Source: a virus. Taken from it: a stretch of DNA of 64,000 nucleotides. The stretch spans positions 2,670 to 66,669 of the IMG/VR virus record IMGVR_UViG_3300037875_000252; one strand, given 5' to 3'. The position numbers and the translations under genes are program-made. The notes under the pieces were generated by a model, which had not been told where the DNA came from, did no database searches, and saw only the letters and a list, made by a program, of their open reading frames with translations. How positions within the stretch are numbered: the first letter of the stretch is position 1; every line of letters starts with the position of its first letter. This document shows, in pieces, positions 47,332 through 56,361 of the stretch.

Positions 47332-48603
47332 ATGAACAATGATTTTGAAAACTTACAAAAATTTGTTGATGATATGAAGTCAACACCATCTTCAAATAAA
47401 AAGAAGGAAATATTAAAGAAGTATATATGTAATGAATTCATAATGAAAGTATTACTTTACACAAATGATGAAGATAAAACTTATGGTATAACAAGTGATA
47501 AAGTAAAAAAGTTTGATAAAAGTCCAGTTGGTGTATCTACAGGTAGTTTGTTTATTCTACTAGACGATCTTTGTAGTAGAAAATTGACAGGTCATGATGC
47601 TCTAAGATCAGTAAAAACTTTCATATTTAATAATCAGACACATAGAGATCTAATATATAATATTATAGATAAAGATATTGAGACTAGAGCTAATACATCT
47701 CTCATCAATAAAGTAGTTCCAGGATTTATACCAGAGTTCAAAGTAGCACTTGCAAATAAATATGAAGAGAAGTTAGTAGACTATAAAGATGAGTGGTATG
47801 GTAGTAGAAAGTTAGATGGTGTAAGATGTATTTGTAAGATAGATGAATATGGTGAGATTAAGTTTCTATCAAGGACAGGGAAATTATTCACTACTTTAAG
47901 TGTATTGAAACTAAATCTTTATCAATTAGGTCTTAAAAATATTGTATTTGATGGTGAGGTATGTATAGTAGATAAGGATAATAAAGAAGATTTCCAAGGT
48001 GTTATGAAGGAAATAAAGAAGAAGAATCATAATATAAGAAATCCTAAGTTCTTTATATTCGATGCTTTAATTACAGAAGAATTTAATAGTAAATCATCTA
48101 GTGTTATATTTTCAGAAAGATTGAAAAGAATACCAATTTGTAATACCACAGAGAAACTTTCACAAACTATAGTTAGTAGTAAAGAAGAGTTAAAAGAATT
48201 AGAGGTAGAAGCAAAAGAAAAAGGTTATGAAGGTGTAATGCTTAGAAAGAATGTAGGTTATAAAGGTAAAAGATCTAATGACTTACTTAAAGTAAAATCA
48301 TTTATTGATGCAGAGTATGAGGTTAAAGGTGTTATTAATGATGAAATTAGATTCTTTGAGAATGGTAAAGATGTAGGAAGAATGACATTATCTGCTGTAG
48401 AGATTAGTCATAAAGGAAATACAGTTAAAGTAGGTAGTGGGTTTACTAAAGAACAAAGAGAATATTATTATAAGAATCCTAATGAAATAATAGGTAAGGT
48501 AATAAAAGTTAGATATTTTGAAGAAACAGTTAATGAGAAAGGTGGAATATCTCTAAGATTCCCAGTATTTGTACATAATTATGGAAATAAAAGAACAGAA
48601 TAA
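47332..48603 (+). CDS. ATP-dependent DNA ligase
   Basis: KLDGVR, SRTGK, DGEV, FD, EGVMLR, KRS.DLLKVK, VGSGF, SLRFP. Confidence 0.92.
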   Translation: MNNDFENLQKFVDDMKSTPSSNKKKEILKKYICNEFIMKVLLYTNDEDKTYGITSDKVKKFDKSPVGVSTGSLFILLDDLCSRKLTGHDALRSVKTFIFNNQTHRDLIYNIIDKDIETRANTSLINKVVPGFIPEFKVALANKYEEKLVDYKDEWYGSRKLDGVRCICKIDEYGEIKFLSRTGKLFTTLSVLKLNLYQLGLKNIVFDGEVCIVDKDNKEDFQGVMKEIKKKNHNIRNPKFFIFDALITEEFNSKSSSVIFSERLKRIPICNTTEKLSQTIVSSKEELKELEVEAKEKGYEGVMLRKNVGYKGKRSNDLLKVKSFIDAEYEVKGVINDEIRFFENGKDVGRMTLSAVEISHKGNTVKVGSGFTKEQREYYYKNPNEIIGKVIKVRYFEETVNEKGGISLRFPVFVHNYGNKRTE

Positions 48604-48778
48604 CTATTACGTTTATGTTTATTGTGATGGTAGATCTTTATTTAATAATTCTAAATATAAAGAGTTAGTATTTTTACCGTTTTATGTTGGTAAAGGTAAA
48701 AATACTAGATATAAAGATACAATTATTAAAGTTTTAAGAAATAAACCAATACATAATAAATATTTAAAAAGAAAATAA
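48569..48778 (+). pseudogene. Truncated GIY-YIG-like homing endonuclease
   Basis: YYVYVYCDGR..PFYVGKGKNTR, only 69 aa. Confidence 0.6.
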
Positions 48779-48820
48779 GTGAATCATTAAAATTAAACTA
48801 TAATAAAAAGAAAGGATAGT

Positions 48821-49012
48821 ATGAATATTAACTGGTATGCTTTTACAAAAATAGTAATTATATCATTAGTAATTAATTCTATATGGGCAATTTGTATTAC
48901 TTATATGCCCATTTCTTATGAAACAAAGTCTATATTTGCATTTGGTGGTATAATTGTTATTTGTTGTATAGTTTTTATATTATGTGTTGGAAAATTTAAC
49001 CTATATAAATAA
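48821..49012 (+). CDS. Small two-TM membrane protein
   Basis: Two hydrophobic segments, AAGGA RBS. Confidence 0.55.
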   Translation: MNINWYAFTKIVIISLVINSIWAICITYMPISYETKSIFAFGGIIVICCIVFILCVGKFNLYK

Positions 49013-49105
49013 TATTTTGAAGAAACAACTAATTCTAAAGATGGTTCTATATCTTTAAGATTTCCTACATTTAAATGTATACACGGTAAAGAAAGGAGTT
49101 TATAA
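49013..49105 (+). pseudogene. Orphan second copy of the DNA ligase C-terminus
   Basis: YFEETTNSKDGSISLRFPTFKCIHGKERSL* versus ligase YFEETVNEKGGISLRFPVFVHNYGNKRTE*. Confidence 0.8.
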
Positions 49106-49359
49106 TGTTTGGTAAAAAGAAAGTAAAGAATATAAATAGAAAAGCAGTTTTAACTATTTACTTTAAAGATGGTACTACACCTATACAACTAATACAAGGT
49201 GATTATAAAGGTAAATCAAAAATAGGAAATTGTAAAAAATTCTATAAATGGTGGTATTCTAAAGAATCTGAATTGTATATGATACCATATGATTCAGGTG
49301 TTTTTAATATTATTAGAAGTAATATATCTCTTATTGAATCAAAAATTATGGAGGATTAA
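49105..49359 (+). CDS. Hypothetical protein
   Basis: AAGGAG RBS, 84 aa. Confidence 0.55.
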   Translation: MFGKKKVKNINRKAVLTIYFKDGTTPIQLIQGDYKGKSKIGNCKKFYKWWYSKESELYMIPYDSGVFNIIRSNISLIESKIMED

Positions 49360-49541
49360 TGGAACAACCATATTTAGAAAAGATAGTAACTACCATAGAA
49401 AAACTCTATAATATTAAATATGGTGACGATAGAGTATGTGAATGTGGTCATGTTTATTATAGACATTTTGATAGTTATGATGATAACTTTCCATGTGGAT
49501 GTAAATATTGTTTTTGTTATATATTTATAGAAAAAGTTTAG
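49359..49541 (+). CDS. Small Cys/His-rich protein
   Basis: CECGH.YYRHFD..GCKYC.C. Confidence 0.6.
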   Translation: MEQPYLEKIVTTIEKLYNIKYGDDRVCECGHVYYRHFDSYDDNFPCGCKYCFCYIFIEKV

Positions 49542-49550
49542 GAGAATATT

Positions 49551-50462
49551 GTGAAAAAGAAACAAATTTTAGAAGATGTTATTTGTAATTTTGATATAAT
49601 TGAATATTTTAAAACCGGTCAAAAACAAAATTTATCAGAATTTTTCATATGTGAAGGTGTATTACAATATGATAGTTATAATAATTTTGATATAGCAATA
49701 AAATCAGGTAAGTTTATAGTTATTAATGGTGATGAATATGATGGTTATGAATCAGGATATAATATTAATGAAACTATTGAAGAATTACAAAATTGTAGTA
49801 AAGATGTAATAACCACAAGCTTTACTTGTTTAAAAAATGCAGGTGTAGTAGTATCTGACATGCAAGTAATTGATATTACCCAAGATAGATATAATTACAC
49901 AACACCAAAAAAGAAGAATTTTAAAAATTTTGAAAAGACAGTTCCTCAAGGTGCTACATATAAAGAGCACAGAAACTTTATTAAAAAAACAGGAAAGCCT
50001 AGTGGTGCAATTTATGAAAAATCATATCATATTGCAGGAAGTATGTTAATTAAGTATAAAAATTCTAGTTATATATGTGGTATGGATGATGACAGTTATT
50101 TTATATCTAAGTTAAAGACCAATCCTAAAAGTGTTGATGCTGCATTCAAATCTCTTAAACCTAGAAGAGTTTTAAAGTATGAAAAGGATAGTGGTAAATT
50201 TGCACAAAGACAAGGTGAATGGTTCTTTATACCTAGTGATATTAAATTAGATCCAGATTCATTTTCTTTTCATAATGTTGATTTACCCAAAGAAAAAGGT
50301 GGTAACAGTCACACAGTAAATAAATATATCTTGTATAAAGGTAAACACTATTGTGAATCTTATGTTTCACATAAGGAACATGGAACATTAACACTAAATA
50401 GTGTATGTGAAGCTATACAGAATACAGCTTTAGCCAGTTGGTCAGTGGTTGGTGTAGATTAA
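49551..50462 (+). CDS. Hypothetical protein with RQG(E/D) motif
   Basis: QRQGEWFFIP..NSH..H.EH. Confidence 0.6.
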   Translation: MKKKQILEDVICNFDIIEYFKTGQKQNLSEFFICEGVLQYDSYNNFDIAIKSGKFIVINGDEYDGYESGYNINETIEELQNCSKDVITTSFTCLKNAGVVVSDMQVIDITQDRYNYTTPKKKNFKNFEKTVPQGATYKEHRNFIKKTGKPSGAIYEKSYHIAGSMLIKYKNSSYICGMDDDSYFISKLKTNPKSVDAAFKSLKPRRVLKYEKDSGKFAQRQGEWFFIPSDIKLDPDSFSFHNVDLPKEKGGNSHTVNKYILYKGKHYCESYVSHKEHGTLTLNSVCEAIQNTALASWSVVGVD

Positions 50463-50711
50463 TTTTTAATGAGATATTATTATGTTACATAAACTTATTC
50501 AATTTATGGAAAGTTTATCAAGTTTTGAACAGTCAGTAGTTTTTTAATAGTTGTTTTTATATTTATAATAATATTATAAAGGAGTTGTATTATGTTGTAT
50601 AGATTTGTTAATCTTTTTTATGGTAGGTCAAGTGGTGAGTGGTTAGTTATTTTTTCAATAGTTGTTGTAGGAACTGTGGTTGCTTTTAATTGTTAATTTT
50701 TTTTTAATTTT

Positions 50712-51152
50712 ATGGAGGATATTATGAACAAAGAACTTAAATCAGTAATAATTACCTTGTCTATAATTTTAGCTTTTATTATTGGTATTGTATCAGTATC
50801 TATGTATGTATTTCCAAAATATAGGATATACAAGCAGGACTTGAGAGGTCAAGCTGAGTTGAGAGAAAAGGAATGGACAAAGAAAGTTCTTGTAGAAGAA
50901 GCAAAAGCTGAACGAGATAGTGCATCTTTATATGCTGAAGCTAGTATTGTGAAAGCTACAGGTTGGGCTAATGCAGAAGTTGAAAGAGCAAAAGGTGTTG
51001 CAGAAGCCAATGAGATTATAGGTGAAAGCTTGAAAGAAAACGAAGAGTATTTAAAGTACCTATGGGTTAAAGGCCTACAAGATGGAAGTAGTGAGGTTAT
51101 TTATATTCCTACAGAAGCTAATATGCCTATTTTAGAAGCTGGAAAGAGGTAA
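50712..51152 (+). CDS. Membrane-anchored protein (SPFH/band-7-like C-terminus)
   Basis: TM, then GQAEL, AKGVAEANEIIG.SL, YIPTEA..PILEA. Confidence 0.7.
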   Translation: MEDIMNKELKSVIITLSIILAFIIGIVSVSMYVFPKYRIYKQDLRGQAELREKEWTKKVLVEEAKAERDSASLYAEASIVKATGWANAEVERAKGVAEANEIIGESLKENEEYLKYLWVKGLQDGSSEVIYIPTEANMPILEAGKR

Positions 51153-51166
51153 CTTATTTTTATAAT

Positions 51167-51199
51167 TGGATGCTGTTGGTATAATGCTAACAGCATCCA
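51167..51199 (+). terminator. Hairpin after gene
   Basis: tggatgctgttggtat/atgctaacagcatcca. Confidence 0.55.
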
Positions 51200-51460
51200 T
51201 TCTTACAGGAGAATATAATATTTTTGTTCTAAAATCTGTATGAAAAGATTTAATGATTCTGAGTATACTGTAATAAAATAAGTGTGTACCTTTCCTAAAT
51301 TAAATGATGACTTTTTAAAAAACTTATTTTAAAATTTAATTTTTTATGTTATAATATTTTTATTTTAAAAACTAAATTTTGATGTGATTTTTTTAGCTTC
51401 CATTCACTACGTTCATTCAAAAAAGCTAAAAAAATAAGAAACAAGTTTCTTAAAAGATTA

Positions 51461-51489
51461 ATTATAACAAGTATCTTAAAATGTGTCAA
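51461..51489 (-). promoter_or_regulatory. Consensus sigma-70 promoter facing a non-coding AT-rich region
   Basis: TTGACA-N17-TATAAT on minus strand. Confidence 0.65.
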
Positions 51490-51598
51490 GCATATTTTAG
51501 ATAACACCTCATTTTACAGGACTTATGACAACTATATTTCACTTGACATACAGATTGAATTATGTCAACAACATTCTTAGTTTTGCAGGAGATGAAAA

Positions 51599-51853
51599 AT
51601 GAATAAATATAAGGTAAATATTAGAAAAATAGGTGATAAAAAATGGGAAGAATTTACAGGTTCTTTCAGTGAGAAAAAAGGTTATACTATAGAAAAGGTT
51701 AAAGATCATATGGTTGAATTTTTCTCATCACCACAGTATAGTTGTTATGAATTTAGTATATTTCAGAAGAGGTTAGGAATAAAAACAATTAAATATGATT
51801 ACTTGTATGTGTTAGATCTACCTACGATTACACCTTTTAGTAACTTAAATTGA
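51599..51853 (+). CDS. Hypothetical protein
   Basis: AGGAG RBS. Confidence 0.55.
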   Translation: MNKYKVNIRKIGDKKWEEFTGSFSEKKGYTIEKVKDHMVEFFSSPQYSCYEFSIFQKRLGIKTIKYDYLYVLDLPTITPFSNLN

Positions 51854-52050
51854 GTGTGTATAAATGTGCGTGTTGTGGATCTATACATGATCCTAATATA
51901 CATGATCCTAATATACATGATCCTAATATACATGATCCAGATCTTCTTCCACAATATTGTAATATTTGTTTTTATTCTATACCTAAACATATACCTTTAG
52001 AACAACATGAAAAATATTTAATATCTTTAAAAAAGGAAAATTATGATTGA
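51850..52050 (+). CDS. PxHIP-family protein with IHDPN repeats
   Basis: CACC..(IHDPN)x3-IHDPD..CNIC..IPKHIPLEQHEKY. Confidence 0.7.
   Translation: MSVYKCACCGSIHDPNIHDPNIHDPNIHDPDLLPQYCNICFYSIPKHIPLEQHEKYLISLKKENYD
51883..51942 (+). repeat. In-frame tandem repeat, 4 x 15 bp
   Basis: atacatgatcctaat x3 plus one variant. Confidence 0.9.
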
Positions 52051-52222
52051 TAAATGTAAAGGTTGTGGTGAAAATCATATTATAAAAACTGGTATGTGGT
52101 TAGCTTTGTATTGTAATAAATGTTTTAATTTAATACCTATAGACCACATTCCACCAGAACAACATGAGAAATACATATTAAGCAAATTAAAAGCTAGGAG
52201 GATAAATGGCTATAAAGGGTAA
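52043..52222 (+). CDS. PxHIP-family small Zn-finger protein (not in ORF track)
   Basis: CKGC..CNKC..IPIDHIPPEQHEKY. Confidence 0.7.
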   Translation: MIDKCKGCGENHIIKTGMWLALYCNKCFNLIPIDHIPPEQHEKYILSKLKARRINGYKG

Positions 52223-52631
52223 ATTTTTAACTAAAAGAATAAGAAAAACATACTGTAAATATGAAAATTGTGGTAGAGAGCTACTTACCAGATCATCCAA
52301 TAAACAATATTGTCGTAAACATAGAGAAATCATATGTAAGGAAACCAGAAAACTAGCAAGTGAAAGCAGAAAAAGTTCATATATTCGTACTGAAAAATCT
52401 ATATCTCCTAGAGATATAGTTAGAGAAAAAAGAAATTGTTTGAAGTGTGGTGAGAAATTTAGTAGCTTATCCACACATAATAGGGTATGCTATGATTGTT
52501 CTGTAGTAAATGAAAGATGTAAAGAAGGACATAGTATACATTTTGGTGATTTTGGTGTAGACTTTAGAGAATGTGAAGAAATAACACAAATATCTTTAAA
52601 CTGTAGTGATTGGATTCCTTATATAAAATGA
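52206..52631 (+). CDS. Zn-ribbon protein, RxCxxC..NRxCxxC family (copy 3 of 3)
   Basis: RNCLKCGEKFSSLSTHNRVCYDC. Confidence 0.65.
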   Translation: MAIKGKFLTKRIRKTYCKYENCGRELLTRSSNKQYCRKHREIICKETRKLASESRKSSYIRTEKSISPRDIVREKRNCLKCGEKFSSLSTHNRVCYDCSVVNERCKEGHSIHFGDFGVDFRECEEITQISLNCSDWIPYIK

Positions 52632-52795
52632 GAATATTAAAATGTAAATGTTGTGGAGAAGAAAAACAAGTCTATGAATATACTGAACAAATAGTAGGTT
52701 ATTGTGTAGATTGTGTTAATAGTGTACCTAGTCATATAAATGTTTATCAATTAAGAAAGTATTTATTATTTTTAAGTGAGAAAAATGAAAACTAA
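52628..52795 (+). CDS. PxHIP-family small Zn-finger protein (variant)
   Basis: CKCC..CVDC..VPSHINVYQLRKY. Confidence 0.65.
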   Translation: MRILKCKCCGEEKQVYEYTEQIVGYCVDCVNSVPSHINVYQLRKYLLFLSEKNEN

Positions 52796-52961
52796 AACTT
52801 GTACAGTATGTGGACTTAATTATGAGTACGATTCTTGGGAGTTTAATATAGAATCAGAGAAATTATGTTGGGGTTGTGTTAGTACAATACCTCTACATAT
52901 ACCAGATGTTCAAGTAAAAAAATACTTATTAATGAAAAAGGAGAGATATGAGAAAGTGTGA
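52776..52961 (+). CDS. PxHIP-family small Zn-finger protein
   Basis: CTVC..CWGC..IPLHIPDVQVKKY. Confidence 0.7.
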   Translation: MRKMKTKTCTVCGLNYEYDSWEFNIESEKLCWGCVSTIPLHIPDVQVKKYLLMKKERYEKV

Positions 52962-55272
52962 TAAATGTCACTTAGGAAAAAATAGTAGAAATAAAAGAAT
53001 GAATCATTGGATTATGGGTGAAGGTAATACTGATAATAAGATAATGTTTGTTGGTGATGTTATTGGTCAACAAGATGCTGTATATGGGTCACCCATATCT
53101 GGTGTAATAGGTATGTTATTGTCAGAGTGTGTAGAGAAGGCAGGTTATAAATTAAATGATGTATATAGGACTACACTTTTAAAGTGTATGCAATTATCTA
53201 AGGGTAATCCTAAACCACCTGAAGTATTGGCATGTAAGGATTATTTAGAAGATGAAATATTTGAAATTAAACCTAAAGTTATTGTCCCTTTAGGTGCAGT
53301 AGCTACAAAATATTTCTTAGGTAATAAGAAAATATCTGATGTGAGAGGGTATGTGTTTGATGATATTAGGGAAGGTATAAGAATAATGCCTACATATCAT
53401 CCTAGTTCTTTGATTAAGAGACCAGCTAATTTGTTTGAGTTTCAATCAGATATATATAAGGCGTTTCGTGTACTAGAAGGTAAATATAAACCTATACCAA
53501 GAAAATACATATATACAGAAGATTTTCAAAAGGTGTATAATTTGGTAAGTAAATGTAATTCATATGCTTTTGATATAGAAACTACTGGTCTGAATACATA
53601 TAATGATAATATAGTAACTTGTAGTTTCTCTTTTGCTGAAGGTTCATCTATATGTATACCTTTTAATCAAGAATGGTATAAGAAGATATTTGCATTAAAT
53701 ATAAGATCTGTATCACATACCAAGTTTGATGTTTTGTTTCTTAAAAATAGGTATGGTATAGAAGTACAGAATTGGTATTTTGATACTTATGCTGCAATAG
53801 GTATATTAAACGACAATGTAAGTCATGGTTTAAAGACGCTTGCATCAGTATATACAGATGTACCTTATTATAATTTAGAAAGTAAATTAGCTTTAGATAA
53901 AGAAGATATAAATAAGGTAGCATTGTATAATAACTTTGATACTGATGTAACATTTAGACTGTATAATATATTCAAGGATTGGATAGTGATAGATGGTTAT
54001 GAAGATTTGTTCTTTAAAACTATTATGCCTGTTAATAGAATGCTTATAGATATAGAATCAACAGGAATAACTATAGATATAAATAGATTAAAGAATTTAA
54101 GTTTAAATAAAAATCTTGAATGTGTTAGAATAAAAAGAAAACTTAATGATATATCACCTATAAATTGGAACTCAACAAAACAAGTTGGTGAAGTATTATA
54201 TAAAGATTTGAAATTAAAATGTCCATCTAAAACACCTACTGGTGCTCCTTGTACAAACGAGGCAGCATTAAAAATACTAGAAAATAAACATGAAGCACCT
54301 AAATTATTATTAGAACTGAGACATTTGGTTAAAGGTTTAGGAACATATCTTACAGGTGTGATTAATAAGAAGGAGTATTCTAAAGTTGAGTTAATTAAAA
54401 CTGAGTTACAACTTTTAGAATACTCTGAAAACTTGAGTTCATATACACCGGATTATAATACAGATCTATTTAAGTTATTACAATATGATGGTAAAATTCA
54501 TAATTCTAATAATATTAATGGAACAGTTAGTGGTAGATTAACATCACCTCTACATACAATACCAAGAGAAGGTGGTTATAGAGAACTGTTTACTACAGAA
54601 CAAGGATTTATGTTTGTTGGTATGGATTATAAACAGTTTGAATTAAGGATCGCTGCGTACTTAGCAAAGGAAAATAAATTAATAGAGATTCTAGATTCAC
54701 CAGATGTAAAGCAACAACTCACAAAGATGATAATTAACTTAGATTATACAGAAGATATATGGACACAGATTAAAGGTGTTATTTATGGTGTATTATATGG
54801 TAGAGGATCTGAAAGTATTGCGATAGAATTTGACATGGAAGCAGAGTTTGCAGAAGAGTTAAAGAAAGGATTCTTTAGGAATTTTAAAAATGTAAAGAAA
54901 ATGTTAAATGGGTTTAGAGATGATGCATTATTTAATGGTGAAATAGTTGATATTGTAGGTAGGAAAAGAAGGTTCATAACTAAACAGTATAATATATTTG
55001 ATATGGACGGTGATATATTTAGACAATCTGTTAATTTTCCTATTCAAGCTGGTAGTTCTGCAATATTTTGGCCAAAGGTATTAGATTGTCATAACTATCT
55101 TAAATATAAAAAGAGTAAAGTAATACATACTAAACATGATGCTGTGTATTTTAAAATACATCAAAGTGAAGAAGATTTAATAGAGAAATGTAAGAGTATA
55201 TTAGAGAAAAATACATTAATAGGTGATGTATTAGTTGATGTAAAGGTTGGGAGAAACTGGGGTGAATGTTAA
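52948..55272 (+). CDS. polA: Family A DNA polymerase with N-terminal UDG-like domain (SPO1-type)
   Basis: CxxC..KC..TYHPS UDG-like; FDIETTG exonuclease; GTVSGRL, DYKQFELR, YGVLYG, NFPIQ, HD. Confidence 0.9.
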   Translation: MRKCDKCHLGKNSRNKRMNHWIMGEGNTDNKIMFVGDVIGQQDAVYGSPISGVIGMLLSECVEKAGYKLNDVYRTTLLKCMQLSKGNPKPPEVLACKDYLEDEIFEIKPKVIVPLGAVATKYFLGNKKISDVRGYVFDDIREGIRIMPTYHPSSLIKRPANLFEFQSDIYKAFRVLEGKYKPIPRKYIYTEDFQKVYNLVSKCNSYAFDIETTGLNTYNDNIVTCSFSFAEGSSICIPFNQEWYKKIFALNIRSVSHTKFDVLFLKNRYGIEVQNWYFDTYAAIGILNDNVSHGLKTLASVYTDVPYYNLESKLALDKEDINKVALYNNFDTDVTFRLYNIFKDWIVIDGYEDLFFKTIMPVNRMLIDIESTGITIDINRLKNLSLNKNLECVRIKRKLNDISPINWNSTKQVGEVLYKDLKLKCPSKTPTGAPCTNEAALKILENKHEAPKLLLELRHLVKGLGTYLTGVINKKEYSKVELIKTELQLLEYSENLSSYTPDYNTDLFKLLQYDGKIHNSNNINGTVSGRLTSPLHTIPREGGYRELFTTEQGFMFVGMDYKQFELRIAAYLAKENKLIEILDSPDVKQQLTKMIINLDYTEDIWTQIKGVIYGVLYGRGSESIAIEFDMEAEFAEELKKGFFRNFKNVKKMLNGFRDDALFNGEIVDIVGRKRRFITKQYNIFDMDGDIFRQSVNFPIQAGSSAIFWPKVLDCHNYLKYKKSKVIHTKHDAVYFKIHQSEEDLIEKCKSILEKNTLIGDVLVDVKVGRNWGEC

Positions 55273-55510
55273 TAAATGTCATTTCTGTGGAGAAGAGTTA
55301 GATCTTAATAATGCTATTACTTATTCATGTTGGGGTTATACTAATTTAAACTACGTAAGATGTAAGTTATTTGTTTGTTCTAAACATTGGAGAATGTTGT
55401 ATGAAATATCATACTCACTAAATGTTGAATCATTTATTCCAGAACGTCAAAGAGAATATTTAGGTGTAAAAAGATTAGAGGAGGAATTAAATATAAAAGA
55501 TAGAGTTTAG
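55247..55510 (+). CDS. Small Zn-finger protein, possibly divergent PxHIP member
   Basis: CHFC..CSKH..VESFIPERQREY. Confidence 0.5.
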   Translation: MGETGVNVNKCHFCGEELDLNNAITYSCWGYTNLNYVRCKLFVCSKHWRMLYEISYSLNVESFIPERQREYLGVKRLEEELNIKDRV

Positions 55511-55520
55511 AATTTATTGT

Positions 55521-55564
55521 AAAAAGACCCTGCAACAGTTTAAATATTGTTGTGGGGTTTTTTT
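55521..55564 (+). terminator. Rho-independent terminator
   Basis: accctgcaacag..ttgttgtggggt followed by T-run. Confidence 0.75.
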
Positions 55565-55612
55565 ATGCCTACTACTAATTGTCAAGTGAATTTCTGTTGT
55601 TCAAATATATGT

Positions 55613-55640
55613 TTGACTTTTTACAGAAAATGTGTATAAT
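55613..55640 (+). promoter_or_regulatory. Sigma-70 promoter
   Basis: TTGACT-N16-TATAAT with TG extension. Confidence 0.6.
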
Positions 55641-55660
55641 ATAGAAAACGATTAATTTTA

Positions 55661-56071
55661 TTGGGGGTGTTAATGCTTAAAAAAGATTTTAATGATAGTG
55701 TTAGAAATTTGTATAACATTAATCCTGATAACCTAGAAGATGAATACATCAATGTAGTTAAAGCTTTTTATCTTTATTCACGCCTAACAACAGAAGCATA
55801 CTCAGATCAATTAATAGCAAAAGACAAAGTTAAAAAAGTCTCTGCAAAGATATTTCTAAAATCAAAGATGTGTGGTGACACTGATAAGAAAGCTGAGAAT
55901 GTAGTAAGTGCTGATGAAGGTGTAGTTCAAGAAGCTAAGAAAGATTATTTTGAGAAAGTTAGAATATGGGAGGGATATAAAAACAATAAAGAAAGTGCTG
56001 TAATGAAGCATGATGTATTGAAGTCTATTGGTTTTAATCGTAAAACCGATTCTAATATTGATAAAGATTAA
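55661..56071 (+). CDS. UvsY-like recombination mediator (putative)
   Basis: Helical protein with IN..NL..E and TDK.AE..V pattern upstream of SSB and RecA. Confidence 0.5.
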   Translation: MGVLMLKKDFNDSVRNLYNINPDNLEDEYINVVKAFYLYSRLTTEAYSDQLIAKDKVKKVSAKIFLKSKMCGDTDKKAENVVSADEGVVQEAKKDYFEKVRIWEGYKNNKESAVMKHDVLKSIGFNRKTDSNIDKD

Positions 56072-56297
56072 GGAGGAAGCAATGGAATTATTTGATGAAA
56101 ATAAAGATTATTACACAAAGAGTGATTCTTTTAAAAGAAAGAATTATAGGGAGTATTTATTGACTTTAGATCAAGATGCACTAACAAAAGAGTTGTCTGA
56201 AAAGATTGTTGGTTCTAAACTAAAGATAGGTAATTGGGAAATGAGACAGTTAGCAGATCATCTAGTTGATATTAAATATGGTAAAGAAGATGATTGA
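56072..56297 (+). CDS. Hypothetical protein
   Basis: AAGGAGG RBS before MELFDENK; start position approximate. Confidence 0.5.
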
Positions 56298-56361
56298 CTA
56301 ATAAGTACTAGAAGATTTAGTGGTTATCGTTATATTAATTTATAATTCATAAGGAGGTATT

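Noticed and set aside
2588-52961. PxHIP family as product of a diversity-generating retroelement or integron
   Set aside because: No reverse transcriptase, integrase, TR/VR pair or attC-like palindromes in this window; variation is not adenine-restricted. A mobiliser elsewhere in the genome is not excluded.
55247-55510. Counting this ORF as a PxHIP member
   Set aside because: It has only FIPERQREY, without PxH; left out of the count pending an HMM score.
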